Source of the DNA: an uncultured delta proteobacterium
Lineage (GTDB): Bacteria; Desulfobacterota; Binatia; Binatales; Binataceae
Reading direction: 5' to 3'
Assembly (NCBI GenBank): GCA_963711565.1
Contig: CAVQEQ010000004.1
Span: 640,001 to 704,000 of the forward strand
DNA length: 64,000 bases
Shown: piece by piece, positions 9,247-20,576 of the stretch
Layout of the letters: each line of letters opens with the position of its first letter
Position numbering within the stretch: the first letter of the stretch is position 1
Notes under the pieces: model-generated
What the model was told of the DNA's origin: nothing
What the model saw: only the letters and a program-made list of their open reading frames with translations
Databases searched by the model: none
Made by a program: the position numbers and the translations under genes

Positions 9247-11642
9247 CTAATCCGGCGAAGCGGCTGGATGGTCGAGCTTGCCGCGCGCCCAGTTGTCGAG
9301 CATTGCCGCAAGCGCCTGCAGCTTTACTGGCTTGCTCAGGTAATCGTCCATCCCGGCGTTGAGGCATCGAGCGCGATCGCCTTCCGTCGCGTGCGCGGTA
9401 AGTGCGATTACAACGGTGTGCCGAGCGCTTCCTTCGCGCCGCCTGAGCTCCGCGACCGCCTGGTAGCCGTCCATCTCAGGCATCTCGCAGTCCATCAGGA
9501 CAATATCGGAGCCTCTGTCGGACACGATCTCCAACCCCTGCTGGGCGCTGTCGGCGATTTCCCCGGTATAGCCGAGGGCGGAAAGCTGCTTGGCCCCTAT
9601 CGTTCGATTCACAAGATTGTCGTCCACCAGCAACACTCGCACGCGCTTGCGCCAATCGGTCGGTTCTTCGCTAATCGTGGCGAGCGGCGGAGCGGCGACG
9701 TTCTCGATGCGGACGCGATTGGAATTTCCGCACAGCTCGAGCAGACAGCTGAACAGATGTGACGGACGTACCGGCTTGGTAATCCATGCATCGACGGCTC
9801 CGCCTGCATTCCTGGCGCCGTCCTCGGTACTGAACATGATCACGCTGGTAGGTCGTCCGGCGCGATGTTCCTTTATCGCGCGCGCTAGTCTGAGCGCGCC
9901 CATGTCCGGCGTCTGTTCATCGATGAGCGTGACGATTTGCTTTTCGCCGACAGCCAGCTCCCGCTTCAGCATCGCTAGCGCTTCGGCGCCGCTGCCGACC
10001 GCCACGGTGCTAACTCCCCACGACGACAGGTAATCGGCGACGATCTGACGACTGGCTGGATTGTCGTTGACGACTATCGCGCGCGTCCCCTTGAAGCATG
10101 AGACTGCGGATGCACTCATCCACGGATGAACAATCTCCGCGCCTCTTTCCAGTCGCGCGGTAAAATGAAAGTTCGAGCCTTTGCCGGGATCGCTTTCAAA
10201 TCCAATTTCGCCGCCCATCTGATCGGTAAGCTTGGCCGCGATTACCAGGCCGAGTCCGGTGCCGCCGAAGCGCCGGCTGGTCGAGCTTTCCGCCTGGACA
10301 AACGGCTGGAACAGGCGCCCCGCGCCGCGAACGGAATTCCAATCCCCGTGTCGGCGATCTCGAAGCGCACGAGCACGCCGCCGGTGGCGTCTTCGGTTTC
10401 GGTGACGCGAACCGTCACCTCGCCATGCTCTGTGAATTTGATCGCATTCGCGACCAGGTTGTTGAGAACCTGGCACAACCTGCCCTGATCGCCGAGCAAG
10501 CCGGTGGTCATCTTCAAGTCCACGTACATGGCAAGCTCGATACCCTTAGCGCGCGCGGCCGCGGCAAAGGAATCGACCAGGCCCTCCGTCATCTCGAGCA
10601 GGTCAAAGTCGAGCTTCTCCAGCACGACCTTGCCGTCAGCGAGCTTCGAGAAGTCGAGTATGTCGTTGACGATGGTCAGCAGCAGCTCGCCGCTCGAGCG
10701 AATGATCTCGATCAGCCGGCGCTGCTCGGGAGTCAAATCGAAACGCGACAGCAGCTCGCCGGTTCCGATGATTCCGGTGAGCGGGGTCCGAATCTCGTGG
10801 CTCATACTGGCCAGGAAGTCCGACCGCAGACGGGCCGTTTCGAGAGCCAGATCGCGCACCCGATCGCGCGCGCGATTGGCCTCTTCTTCGGCGAGTTTGC
10901 GGCTGGTCACATCTACCAGCACCCCTTCCCAGTGCCCGACTTTGCCGGCGGCGTCGTAAACGGCGCGCGCACTCTGCTCGCACCAGATAACGCTGCCGTC
11001 GCGCCGGCGCATCTCCATCTCGAAATTCTTGACGACGCCTTCCCTTTCGATGACAGCCTCGAACCGGGCCCGCTCCTGCGGTCGCAACCATAGCTCTGCA
11101 ACGTCCGCTTTCTTCAGACTGTCGCCATCCTGGAAGCCCAGCATATCGATCAACGCCGGATTGAACTCGAGAATGTCGCCGGCCGGCGAAATCCTGAAAA
11201 GTCCCACCGGTACGCGATCGACGAGGCTCCGATAGCGCGCCTCCGCCCGATTGCGCTCGACTCGCACTTCAGAGTCGCGGAGCTCGCGCTCGACGGCGAG
11301 CGGCAGCCGCGCGAGGTTGCTCTTCAATACGTAGTCGTCCGCCCCGCATCGCATCGCCTCGACAGCAACCTCCTCGCCCACCTTCCCCGAGACCAGGATG
11401 AACGGCAGGTCGAGTCCGTTGTCGCGGAGCATCTTCAACGCGGCGAGGCCATTAAAGTGCGGCATCGAGTAGTCCGCGATAACCAGGTCCCAGGTCGATC
11501 CTTGAAGCGCCGATCGCATCGCATCGGGCGTATCTACCCGCTGATAGGTCAGGTCACAGCCGCCACGCCGGAGCGCGCGCACCGACAGCTCGGCATCGTC
11601 GGCCGAATCCTCGACGATCAGGATTCGCCGCGGTTGGCTCAC
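9247..11642 (-). CDS. Hybrid sensor kinase REC-PAS-HisKA-HATPase-REC-REC, apparent frameshift near 10320
   Basis: ORF 10242-11642 has REC, PAS, the H-box MSHEIRTP, the N box and DTGIGI. The continuation ([24 protein letters not shown] plus two REC domains) is in the frame of ORF 9247-10476. Confidence 0.85.
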
Positions 11643-12094
11643 GCGCCGTCCCTCGAGTTGGGAACAGGGTCCTCGTTAAGGACCAGCCAGTACAGGCCGA
11701 GCTGCCGAACGGCCTCGACGAAGTCTTGAAAATCCACCGGCTTGCGGACGTAACTGTTGGCGCCGAGACCGTAGCCGTTGGCGATGTCCTGCTGCTCTTT
11801 GGAGGAGGTGAGAATGACCACCGGCAGCAGCTTGGTCCGCTTGTCCGCGCGGAGCCTCTTTAGAACCTCGAAGCCGTCCAACTTAGGCAGCTTCAAGTCG
11901 AGCAGAATCACGGCCGGCTGCACGCCGACGTCCCGGCCCTCGTATATTCCGCCGGCAAAGAGATAGTCGAGCGCCTCGACTCCGTCGCGCGCGACCACGA
12001 TCTCGTTGCCGATATTGTTCTTCCTGAGCGCGCGCATCGTCAGCGCTTCGTCGTCAGCGTTGTCTTCAACTAACAGGATCACTGGATCTCTCAT
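11639..12094 (-). CDS. Single-domain response regulator (Rcp/CheY-like)
   Basis: [29 protein letters not shown]. Confidence 0.92.
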   Translation of the reverse strand: MRDPVILLVEDNADDEALTMRALRKNNIGNEIVVARDGVEALDYLFAGGIYEGRDVGVQPAVILLDLKLPKLDGFEVLKRLRADKRTKLLPVVILTSSKEQQDIANGYGLGANSYVRKPVDFQDFVEAVRQLGLYWLVLNEDPVPNSRDGA

Positions 12095-13674
12095 TTCACA
12101 CCCACCTGATCGCCTTCGAGAGTGAACGAAAATGTCGCGCCCTTGCCCTCTTCGCCCCGCGCTGAAACCATTCCGCCGTGGCGATGAACGATCCGCTGAA
12201 CTGTCGCCAGGCCGACGCCGGTGCCGGGGAAGTCCGCCGCGGTATGAAGCCGCTGGAAGGCGCCGAACAGCTTTGCGGCGTAGGTCATATTGAAGCCGGC
12301 CCCGTTGTCACGTACGAAATAGACCGCCGGATGCCCGTCGTGCTGCGACATCCCGAACTCGATCCTTGCTCCCGGCCGCTTGCTGGTGAACTTCCATGCG
12401 TTGCCGAGCAGGTTTTCGAGCACTGAACGAAGCAGCAGCGGATCTCCCGGGCCGACGACATGATCCTGCACGACGCACTCAACGGTGCGATTGGGATCGG
12501 CCTTCCGGCACTCGGCCAGGACGGTGTTCGCCAATGCGCCCAAGTCCACCGTTTCGGTGTGCATCTCGCTGCGGGTGACGTAGGCCAGCTTAATCAAGTC
12601 GTCGATCAGTTGAGCCATCCGCTGAGTAGCGGCGCGGATTCGGCCGAGGTAGCTGATAGCCTGCTGGTCGAGTTTGTCGGCGTAATCCTCCATCAGCGCC
12701 AGGCTGAAGCCGTCGATACTGCGCAGCGGCGCGCGAAGATCGTGCGACACCGAATAGGAGAAGGCCTCCAGCTCCTTGTTGACGACTTCGAGCTGCGCGG
12801 CATACCTGCGCTCGGTTTCGTTCAGCGCCCGCATTTCTTCCTCGGCCTTCTTGCGTTGGGTGACGTCGCGGATGGCGCTGGAGACGAGCGTGCCATCCTC
12901 GGTCTCGAGCGGACTCAGGCTGATCTCAATTGGAAACTCGATGCCGTCCTTGCGTAATCCGTACAGTTCCAGACCGGAACCCATCGAACGCGCCTTGGGG
13001 TCCGCGAAGTAGCGGTCGCGATGCTGCGGATGTTGGTCGCGGAAGCGCGGCGGCACCAGCATCTCGACCGGATTGCCGAGCAGCTCGGAGCGCGCGTATC
13101 CAAAGAGCGTCTCCGTCTGCGCATTGACCAGCTCGATACGGCCGTCGCTGCTTACGATCACCATCGCATCAGGTGCCGACTCGAGCAGGGCGCGGAATCT
13201 GTCTTCCGTACGCTTGCGCTGGGTGATATCGCGGACGGCGCAGGTGACGATTGTGCCGTTCTCGGTCTCGACCGGGTTCAAACTTATCTCGACTGGAAAC
13301 TCGGTGGCGTCTTTGCGCAATCCGTATAGCTGCGGGCCGGCGCCCATCGATCGCGTCACCGGGTTGGCGAAGTAGCTAGTGCGATGCTGAACATGTTGGT
13401 CGCGGAAACGCGGGGGCAACAACATCTCGACCATGTAGCCGAGCAACTCGCCGCGATGGTATCCGAAGAGCTTTTCGGTCAGCGCGTTGACCATCAGGAT
13501 GCGGCCGTAATCGCTGACTATCAGCATGGCCTCAGACGACGACTCGACCATCGCTCTGTTGCGTGCGGCGATTCGTCGAGCGGCTTCGGCGCCGAGTTTC
13601 GGACCCATGTTTTCGCTCACAGCCGGCCTCTCCGCGCCTAGTGTCGTAGGCGACGGTTCACTCTCAGATTTCAA
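12091..13674 (-). CDS. PAS-PAS sensor histidine kinase
   Basis: Two tandem similar PAS/PAC domains; [13 protein letters not shown]-box; NAWKF, DNGAGF, GTGVGL. Confidence 0.9.
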   Translation of the reverse strand: MKSESEPSPTTLGAERPAVSENMGPKLGAEAARRIAARNRAMVESSSEAMLIVSDYGRILMVNALTEKLFGYHRGELLGYMVEMLLPPRFRDQHVQHRTSYFANPVTRSMGAGPQLYGLRKDATEFPVEISLNPVETENGTIVTCAVRDITQRKRTEDRFRALLESAPDAMVIVSSDGRIELVNAQTETLFGYARSELLGNPVEMLVPPRFRDQHPQHRDRYFADPKARSMGSGLELYGLRKDGIEFPIEISLSPLETEDGTLVSSAIRDVTQRKKAEEEMRALNETERRYAAQLEVVNKELEAFSYSVSHDLRAPLRSIDGFSLALMEDYADKLDQQAISYLGRIRAATQRMAQLIDDLIKLAYVTRSEMHTETVDLGALANTVLAECRKADPNRTVECVVQDHVVGPGDPLLLRSVLENLLGNAWKFTSKRPGARIEFGMSQHDGHPAVYFVRDNGAGFNMTYAAKLFGAFQRLHTAADFPGTGVGLATVQRIVHRHGGMVSARGEEGKGATFSFTLEGDQVGVK

Positions 13675-13813
13675 GAGTCATGCCGAGCGCTGCGAATGAC
13701 TAGGCTCGTCGCAGGCGAATGGAGCGGAGGTCTGACGACAACCAGATGCCGCAGGCGGCAGGAAAATGGCGCGCTGAAGGAAGCGGTCGCCGCGGAAAAA
13801 TGCGCTGCGATTT

Positions 13814-14278
13814 CTAGAGGAAACTGCCGACGATACCCTGGCCGTCGAGCTCGACGTGCTGGGTACTGTTCGGCGCCGAGTCGGTAAACGTCAGGGCATT
13901 CCGGTCGCTTACGTTTCCGGCGACGAGCGGATGGAACACGACCTCAACCTTGCACGAGCGACCGGGCGCCAGCGGCGCGCCCGAGCATTTGTCGCTTTGG
14001 ATCGAGAAGGGTTCCGCGGCGACGATGCTGGTAAAGTTGATCGACTCCGACTTGGACTTGTTCGTGACAGTTACAGCGACCGGCTCACTGGACTTCGTGG
14101 CGACGACCTTGCCGAAGTCGTGCTTGCCGGGTTTGAATTTCAGCGCCGGGGCTGAGTCGGCGGCGAAGGCGGGGTAACCGGCGATCACCGTAGTCGCGAT
14201 TACCAATGCAGTGACGAGAAGCGATCCGTTAAGTGCAGGACGGGTCGATCTCGACAGGATCGATCTCGATAGAAACAT
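13814..14278 (-). CDS. Secreted Ig-like (ASH/choice-of-anchor D) domain protein
   Basis: Signal peptide ending PAFA; DFGKV...VTVTN...PFSI...LAPGRSCKVEVVFHP...LTFTD pattern; GGAGG RBS before ATG 14278. Confidence 0.7.
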   Translation of the reverse strand: MFLSRSILSRSTRPALNGSLLVTALVIATTVIAGYPAFAADSAPALKFKPGKHDFGKVVATKSSEPVAVTVTNKSKSESINFTSIVAAEPFSIQSDKCSGAPLAPGRSCKVEVVFHPLVAGNVSDRNALTFTDSAPNSTQHVELDGQGIVGSFL

Positions 14279-14411
14279 GTCACTTCCTCCCCCGGTCGAT
14301 TGAGAGCGTCGGCGCCGAGAACGTAGTATCAAAACACTACAAAGTGTACAAATTGCGGCGAGCGTTGCAAGTCCTTCGCGCAACTTCGCTTACGCGCGCT
14401 TTCCGTCTTAC

Positions 14412-14440
14412 TTGATCGGCTGAATAACCATATGCATAAT
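14412..14440 (+). promoter_or_regulatory. Putative sigma-70 promoter of the TA operon
   Basis: TTGATC-N17-CATAAT upstream of the toxin start. Confidence 0.5.
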
Positions 14441-14466
14441 CAAGCAAAGAGTGATCAAGCTGCCGC

Positions 14467-14790
14467 ATGCCACGCTGGCTTTCCAAAGTCCTGACGCGCA
14501 TCACTGCGCTGGCGGCTGCATGCAACGTCCGGTTTACGCTGAAAGCCCTCAGAGAATCGGCCGGCTTGGAGCTCGGCTTGGACGAAGAAGACGCGTGCGA
14601 AATGTTGGCCCAATTGACAGCGGAGGACTCGGCCGGACGCGTGGCCTCCGCGGCTACGGGCGAGTGGATGTACCTCTTCAAGCCGCAGGTCTTCGAAACG
14701 ACCCTCTACGTAAAGGTGATCCTGAGAAACAACTGCGTGGTGGTTTCCTTTCACGAGGATGAGGATGGCATCGATGAAGATGGCGCATAG
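14467..14790 (+). CDS. mqsR: MqsR-family mRNA interferase toxin
   Basis: 107 aa RelE-like protein ending LYVKVILRNNCVVVSFHE, directly upstream of a Zn-finger/HTH antitoxin. Confidence 0.75.
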   Translation: MPRWLSKVLTRITALAAACNVRFTLKALRESAGLELGLDEEDACEMLAQLTAEDSAGRVASAATGEWMYLFKPQVFETTLYVKVILRNNCVVVSFHEDEDGIDEDGA

Positions 14791-15235
14791 CCGGACGGCT
14801 TCGACGGCACGCCGCGGGCGCGTCCTGCCTGATGACGCCTGTCCGAATTGTGGGACCATGATGTTGGAGAAGCGCGGCCGGCTGCGCCTGCCAGTCAACG
14901 GCGAGGAAATTTCGGTGCCGTCCGCACAGTTCCTCGACTGCCCGAAGTGCGGTGAAATTGTTCTTCGGTTGCAGGATTCGAAGCGGCTTCATCAGGACGC
15001 GATCGCGATTTACCGCAAGAGGCACGGACTTCTGTCGGCGGACGAGATCCGCGTGATCCGCGAACAGTTCGGCCTAACGCAGGCGAATCTGGCGCGGCTC
15101 CTGCGGCTTGGAGCGAACACCGTGTCCCGCTGGGAATCAGGCAGAAACGTCCAAACTGCTGCGATGGATATTCTGCTCCGGCTGATCCGAGATTTACCCG
15201 GTAGCGTAGACTACCTGCGCAACCACGCTGCCTGA
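14759..15235 (+). CDS. mqsA: MqsA-family antitoxin (CxxC..CxxC zinc finger + XRE HTH)
   Basis: CPNCG...CPKCGE; IRVIREQFGLTQANLARLLRLGANTVSRWESG. Confidence 0.85.
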   Translation: MRMASMKMAHSRTASTARRGRVLPDDACPNCGTMMLEKRGRLRLPVNGEEISVPSAQFLDCPKCGEIVLRLQDSKRLHQDAIAIYRKRHGLLSADEIRVIREQFGLTQANLARLLRLGANTVSRWESGRNVQTAAMDILLRLIRDLPGSVDYLRNHAA

Positions 15236-15326
15236 CTGAGTGCGCGTCGCGCGATTTGACTCGCGCCGCATCGATCTTTCCCGCAGCGCCGACCTTCTCG
15301 AACATTCGAGGCGACCAGCACGGTCG

Positions 15327-16961
15327 CTAGCTCTTGCGGCGGGCGCGGTACCTTTTTATCAACGCGTTGGTTGAGCTGTCGTGGGCGAGCGCGGGGTCCT
15401 TGGGGGATTCCAGTTCCGGGATTATTTTTTGGGCTAGCACTTTGCCCAGCTCTACGCCCCATTGATCGAATGAGTCTATGTTCCAGATTGCGCCTTGGGT
15501 GAAGACGCTGTGCTCATACAGGGCTACCAGCTTGCCCAGGGTTTCCGGGGTTAGCTCGTCGGCTAGTATCACCGTCGAGGGGCGATTGCCTTCGAATACT
15601 CTCGCGGGGACGAGCCAGTCCGGGGTGCCTTCCGCTTTTACCTGGGCGGGAGTCTTACCGAATGCGAGTGCTTCGGCTTGCGCGAATATGTTCGAGAGTA
15701 ACAGGTCGTGATGGCGGCCTAGCGGGTTGAGGGCGCGGCAGAATCCTATGAAGTCGCATGGGATAAGCTTCGTGCCCTGGTGGATTAGCTGGTAGAACGA
15801 ATGCTGGCCGTTGGTGCCGGGCTCGCCCCAGTAAATCGGCCCGGTCTGGTAATCGATGGGCGCGCCTTCGAGCGTGACGTGCTTGCCGTTCGACTCCATC
15901 GTCAGTTGCTGCAGATAGGCGGGAAAGCGTTTCAGGTATTGCTCGTAGGGCAGCACCGCGACGGTTTGCGCGCCAAAGAAATCGTTGTACCAAACACCCA
16001 GCAGGCCCATCAGGACCGGCAGGTTGCGCTCGAACGGCGCAGTGCGGAAATGCTCGTCGATCGAGTGGAAGCCCGACAGCATCGCGCGGAAATTGTCGGC
16101 GCCGACCGCGATCATCGTGGACAGGCCGATCGCGGAATCCATCGAGTAGCGGCCGCCGACCCAGTCCCAGAAGCCGAACATGTTTTTCGTGTCGATGCCG
16201 AACTTCGTCACTTCGGCGGCGTTGGTCGAGACGGCGACGAAATGCTTCGCGACCGCCTTGTCGTCGCCAAGCGCGGCGAGACTCCAGTCGCGCGCGGTGT
16301 GCGCGTTGGTCATCGTCTCGAGCGTGGTGAAAGTCTTCGACGAAATGATGAACAGCGTCTCGGCGGGGTCGAGGTCGCGCGTGGCCTCGGCGAAATCGGT
16401 GCCATCGACGTTGGAGACGAAGCGCATTGTCAGATTGCGGTCGCTGTAATGACGCAGCGCCTCGTAGGCCATGACCGGGCCCAGGTCGGAGCCGCCGATG
16501 CCGATATTAATAACGTTGCGGATGCGCTTGCCGGTGTGGCCTTTCCACGAACCGTCGCGGATGCGCGCGGAAAAATCCGCCATGCGATCGAGCACCTCGT
16601 GGACTTTGGGCACCACGTCGTCACCGTCGACGCCGATTGACACGCCGCGCGGCGCACGCAGCGCGATATGCAGCACGGCGCGCTTTTCGGTCACGTTGAT
16701 CTTGTCGCCGCGGAACATCGCGTCGATTCGCCCGCGCAGTCCCACTTCGTCGGCCAGCGCGAGCAGCAGGCGGATAGTCTCGTCGGTCACGCGATGCTTG
16801 GAATAGTCGAAGTAGAGGCCGGCGGCCTCGACCACGAGGCGCTCACCGCGTTTCGGATCCTCGTCGAACATCGCGCGTAGGTGACGGCTGTGGATTTGAT
16901 CGTAATGCGCCTGCAGGGCTTTCCACGCGGGGCGATTGGTTAGCGAAATGGATTCCGGCAT
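15327..16961 (-). CDS. pgi: Glucose-6-phosphate isomerase
   Basis: [52 protein letters not shown]. Confidence 0.97.
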   Translation of the reverse strand: MPESISLTNRPAWKALQAHYDQIHSRHLRAMFDEDPKRGERLVVEAAGLYFDYSKHRVTDETIRLLLALADEVGLRGRIDAMFRGDKINVTEKRAVLHIALRAPRGVSIGVDGDDVVPKVHEVLDRMADFSARIRDGSWKGHTGKRIRNVINIGIGGSDLGPVMAYEALRHYSDRNLTMRFVSNVDGTDFAEATRDLDPAETLFIISSKTFTTLETMTNAHTARDWSLAALGDDKAVAKHFVAVSTNAAEVTKFGIDTKNMFGFWDWVGGRYSMDSAIGLSTMIAVGADNFRAMLSGFHSIDEHFRTAPFERNLPVLMGLLGVWYNDFFGAQTVAVLPYEQYLKRFPAYLQQLTMESNGKHVTLEGAPIDYQTGPIYWGEPGTNGQHSFYQLIHQGTKLIPCDFIGFCRALNPLGRHHDLLLSNIFAQAEALAFGKTPAQVKAEGTPDWLVPARVFEGNRPSTVILADELTPETLGKLVALYEHSVFTQGAIWNIDSFDQWGVELGKVLAQKIIPELESPKDPALAHDSSTNALIKRYRARRKS

Positions 16962-16973
16962 TGGTGTCTCCTT

Positions 16974-17885
16974 CTAACGGGCAGAAGCAGAATGCTCGGT
17001 TGCGCGCGAAACCTCACCCCTAACCCCTCTCCCTTCAGGAGAGGGGAACAAAGGGAGCGGGGAACGAAGGCTTTGCGGCGCGAGCATCTGTAACATGATC
17101 AGCACGGCGGGCACGAGATAAAAAATCGAGCCGGGCACCCACATGATAGCGCCGGCGACAATCTGGTCGCCAAGGGGCGTGAAGCCCGCGATGGGCGGCA
17201 TGGTCGCATAAACCGGATAAATCAACCGGCCGGAAAACATGAACAGCGCTGCGAGGATCGTATTCTGGCCGTCCGCCAGCAGCAGGTACGGAAGCATCGC
17301 CCATCGCGGCCATCGCGCGACGCTCGGCCACGGCTGGATGACCGGATACCAGAACATCAGCGCGGTCGTGAAAAAGCATGCGTGCTCGACGACGTGCCAG
17401 CCGTCGGAGCGGAGCGCGAGCTGGAAGGTGGCGGGCAGATGCCATCCCCAGGTCGCGGCGACGAATGCGATCCAGCATACCAGCGGCTCGGTCAGCCACG
17501 CGAAGAGGCGGCGGACGGCACTCGAACGGAGAAGTGGGCCCACGATTGCCTTGGCGATAGTCGGAGGGAGACCGCGCACAATCGCGATCGCGGGCGCGCC
17601 GGCGAGGATGAGCGGCGGTGCGACGATCATCAGCAGGAGATGCTGCGTCATGTGGATCTGCAGCAGCAGGTCGTCGAAGGCCTCGAGCGGCGACGCGATC
17701 GCAATGAAGAGCGACGCGATTCCGCCCATGAACATCCCGAGTCGCCAGACGGGGAACCGATCCGGCATCTGGCGATGCAGGCGATGGAACCCGCGGGCGT
17801 AGATCGCGGCGGTGAGGAGCAGCATCGCGATCGTCGCGAACGGCGGCGTCCACGAATCGAAGGCGGTTTGTATTGCGGAGTTCAC
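16974..17885 (-). CDS. ctaG: Cytochrome c oxidase assembly factor (Caa3_CtaG family)
   Basis: HMTQHLLLMIVAPPL, WHLP, HVVEH, DQIVAGAIMW motifs. Confidence 0.85.
   Translation of the reverse strand: MNSAIQTAFDSWTPPFATIAMLLLTAAIYARGFHRLHRQMPDRFPVWRLGMFMGGIASLFIAIASPLEAFDDLLLQIHMTQHLLLMIVAPPLILAGAPAIAIVRGLPPTIAKAIVGPLLRSSAVRRLFAWLTEPLVCWIAFVAATWGWHLPATFQLALRSDGWHVVEHACFFTTALMFWYPVIQPWPSVARWPRWAMLPYLLLADGQNTILAALFMFSGRLIYPVYATMPPIAGFTPLGDQIVAGAIMWVPGSIFYLVPAVLIMLQMLAPQSLRSPLPLFPSPEGRGVRGEVSRATEHSASAR
17009..17051 (+). repeat. REP-like palindromic repeat inside the 3' end of ctaG
   Basis: aaacctcacccctaaCCCCTCTCCcttcaGGAGAGGGGaacaa, nearly identical in layout to 52277-52320. Confidence 0.75.
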
Positions 17886-17894
17886 GGCAAAGAC

Positions 17895-19361
17895 TTAGTC
17901 GGTCGATGCGGGAACGGCGGGCCGCGCCGAATCGCGCGCGGGCGGTTCGCCGCGCGGATGCATCGTCGCGAGAAATGCGACGAGCGCGTTGACCTCCGCG
18001 GGCGTCAGGTTCTTGCCGTAGGCCGGCATGTTGCCGCCGCCTTGAATTATCTGGCGCACGATCTGGTCGCGCGTCAGGCGCGTGGCGGTGTCGTCGAGCG
18101 CGGGCCCGCGCATCCCGCCCTGGCCGCCGAGCGAATGGCAGTTGCGACATTGCTTGCTCTGCACGAGCAAGGCGCCTTGCAGTTCGAGAGGAGTGCGGCC
18201 CTTCACGTAATCGATGGGCGTCGGTGCGGCGCTCCATGCGTCCATCACGGGTGACCACGGCGAAAACGTGCCGAGCCAGGTGAGCGTGCCGACGATCGTG
18301 ACGACGAGGATTACGATCACGACCGAGAAAGGTCGTCGATGCCAGCTCTTCTCACCTGTTCCTGAAAGGAAGGGCAGCGCGAACAGGAGTCCGATTACGG
18401 CGACCGGACCCGTGAGCATCAGAAAGGTTTCGGTCCACGGCGGCAACAATGCGAACAACGAAAATAGCCACAGGAAGAAAAAGTCGGGGCGTGGAACGGT
18501 TTGGATGATTGTCGGATCGGGCTGGCCGTTGGGACCGATCGGGCCTTCAACAGCGGCGACGACGAGCAGGCTCAGGATAATCAGTCCGGCGAAGACGAGG
18601 TCCTTTTGCGCGGCGAACGGCATGAACGGTTCGCCATCCTTCTCTACCAACTCGTGATACTGCTCGATGTAGGCATTGCGTCTGACTATTCGACCGGGCA
18701 TCGGCCATTCGTTAATGCCTAATCGCAATACCAGGAAGAGATGCAGGCCGACGAAGCCGATCAGCAGCGCGGGGATCACGAATACGTGCAGCGCAAAGAA
18801 GCGCGACAGGGTTTCGCCGGCAATAATGGGGCCGCCGAGAATAAGATCGACGATCTTGAAGCCGATGATCGGAGTGCGGCCGGCGATCGACGCGCCGATG
18901 CCGAGGCCCCAGTATGCGTTCTGATCGAAGCGCAGCACCTGCCCGGTGAACGCCATGCCCAACGTGCACAAAAGCAGGAAGCATCCTGCCACCCAGGTCA
19001 ATTCGCGCGGAAATTTATACGCGCCGAACAGGAAGACCTGGATCATGTGCACGAACATCAGGGCGACCATGAAGTTGGAGCCCCAGCCGTGCAGCGCGCG
19101 CAGATACCATCCGAGCGGCTGCTGGTAATTCAAGTAGATAAGGCTGTCCCACGCGCGATCGGCGGCAGGCGTATAGACAGTCGCGAGGCAGATGCCGGTG
19201 ACTACCTGCAAAATGAATACGACCAGCGTCGCGCTGCCGAAGATGTACCACCAGCTCGCGGAGCTGCGCGGCACCGGATGCGCGGCTACGTCGGCGATCG
19301 TGCTGCCGACTTGCAGGCGCGCGTCGAGCCATCGACCGACTGATTTGAGCAGCTCGATCAC
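17895..19361 (-). CDS. Cytochrome b (b6 + subunit IV) fused to a C-terminal cytochrome c
   Basis: Heme ligands in ALHGWGSN/FVHM and ALHV/GLHL; PDFF at the PEWY position; C-terminal CRNCH...MP. GTG start overlaps the Rieske stop (GTGA). Confidence 0.9.
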   Translation of the reverse strand: MIELLKSVGRWLDARLQVGSTIADVAAHPVPRSSASWWYIFGSATLVVFILQVVTGICLATVYTPAADRAWDSLIYLNYQQPLGWYLRALHGWGSNFMVALMFVHMIQVFLFGAYKFPRELTWVAGCFLLLCTLGMAFTGQVLRFDQNAYWGLGIGASIAGRTPIIGFKIVDLILGGPIIAGETLSRFFALHVFVIPALLIGFVGLHLFLVLRLGINEWPMPGRIVRRNAYIEQYHELVEKDGEPFMPFAAQKDLVFAGLIILSLLVVAAVEGPIGPNGQPDPTIIQTVPRPDFFFLWLFSLFALLPPWTETFLMLTGPVAVIGLLFALPFLSGTGEKSWHRRPFSVVIVILVVTIVGTLTWLGTFSPWSPVMDAWSAAPTPIDYVKGRTPLELQGALLVQSKQCRNCHSLGGQGGMRGPALDDTATRLTRDQIVRQIIQGGGNMPAYGKNLTPAEVNALVAFLATMHPRGEPPARDSARPAVPASTD

Positions 19362-19861
19362 GCTTGCGAGTTTCCCAGGGTCGGCAATTCGCCGGCATAA
19401 ATCCAAAGCCGGCCGGACTCGACTTTGTATTTGTATTGATACAGCGCGCGCGGCGGAGGGCCCGAAGCGTGCCTGCCATCGGAGTAAAATACGCCGCCGT
19501 GGCATGGGCACATGAACAGTTCGGATTCGGCGAACCATCGCACCGGGCATCCGAGATGGGTGCAGTTAATCGCGAATACCTGGAATTGGTCGCCGGTCAT
19601 GCGGCGCACCCAGCATGGGATTTTGGCCGTCTCGCCGTCCCATGCCTTCTTGAACGGATTTATATACTCGGCGAGTCGCGTCTGGTTTTCCGGATAGTCA
19701 ATCAGTGAGCCGAGCTGTATCCAGTCGAGCCACGTGAAGCGGCGCGCGGGCGACAGCACGTATCCGAGAATAGGTATTGCGAATAACGCGACCGCAATCG
19801 CGTTAATAGCTATTCCGAGACTAAACAGAAACGTACGACGCGAAGTCTTTTCAGTATCCAT
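19358..19861 (-). CDS. Rieske 2Fe-2S subunit
   Basis: SRRTFL Tat motif, CTHLGC and CPCHG. Confidence 0.93.
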   Translation of the reverse strand: MDTEKTSRRTFLFSLGIAINAIAVALFAIPILGYVLSPARRFTWLDWIQLGSLIDYPENQTRLAEYINPFKKAWDGETAKIPCWVRRMTGDQFQVFAINCTHLGCPVRWFAESELFMCPCHGGVFYSDGRHASGPPPRALYQYKYKVESGRLWIYAGELPTLGNSQA

Positions 19862-20569
19862 TCAATTGCTCAGTGCCAAAGGTGACGCGGGACGTTTCGA
19901 TGCGAGCCAGGCGACGATGTCGGAGACCTGTTGCGCCGTCAGCGGCTGTCCGCCAGCGGCATCCTTCCAGTCGGGATGGCCGAGTTCAGGGCGTCCTGCG
20001 ATCACTATCGTGCGCAGGTACTGGTCGCTGACGAGCGCGAGGTAGGAAGGATCGACGACAGAGCCGCCACTTCCACCTTTGCCATCGCGGCCGTGACAGG
20101 ATTGGCAGTTCGTCGCATACAGTTGCGCGCCGCTATTTGAATCGCCTTGCGTGGAACTGGAATAGGGAGGGGCGCCTGCACCAGCGTCCGCAGCGCCCGA
20201 CCAGTCCTTGCGGATGCCCGCGATCAGGAGGTCTATCTGATGATCGGTCAGCGAACCGCCCGCGCTTTGCGCGAACGGCGGCATTGCAGTGCCTGGAATT
20301 CCATTGGTGATGACGCGGCGCATCGATGCATCATCGACGATCGCGAGATACACGGGATTGTTCATCGCGATCGCGGCGCCGGATTTTCCGTCCGCGCCAT
20401 GACATCCAGCACAGTTCTCGCCGTACAACCTGGCGAAGTCGGTCACGTTGGTAGGTCGCAGCGGGAGGTCGGCCTGGGTGGGGCGGCCAGGCAGCGAATC
20501 GCATCCCGCGAGCACGATTGCGGCGAGCGATGCGATCGCGAAGAGCGATTTTAGGCGGCGCGCGTTCAA
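19862..20569 (-). CDS. Di-heme c-type cytochrome lipoprotein
   Basis: LAGC lipobox; CAGCH and CQSCH. Confidence 0.88.
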   Translation of the reverse strand: MNARRLKSLFAIASLAAIVLAGCDSLPGRPTQADLPLRPTNVTDFARLYGENCAGCHGADGKSGAAIAMNNPVYLAIVDDASMRRVITNGIPGTAMPPFAQSAGGSLTDHQIDLLIAGIRKDWSGAADAGAGAPPYSSSTQGDSNSGAQLYATNCQSCHGRDGKGGSGGSVVDPSYLALVSDQYLRTIVIAGRPELGHPDWKDAAGGQPLTAQQVSDIVAWLASKRPASPLALSN

Positions 20570-20576
20570 CTTGGTG

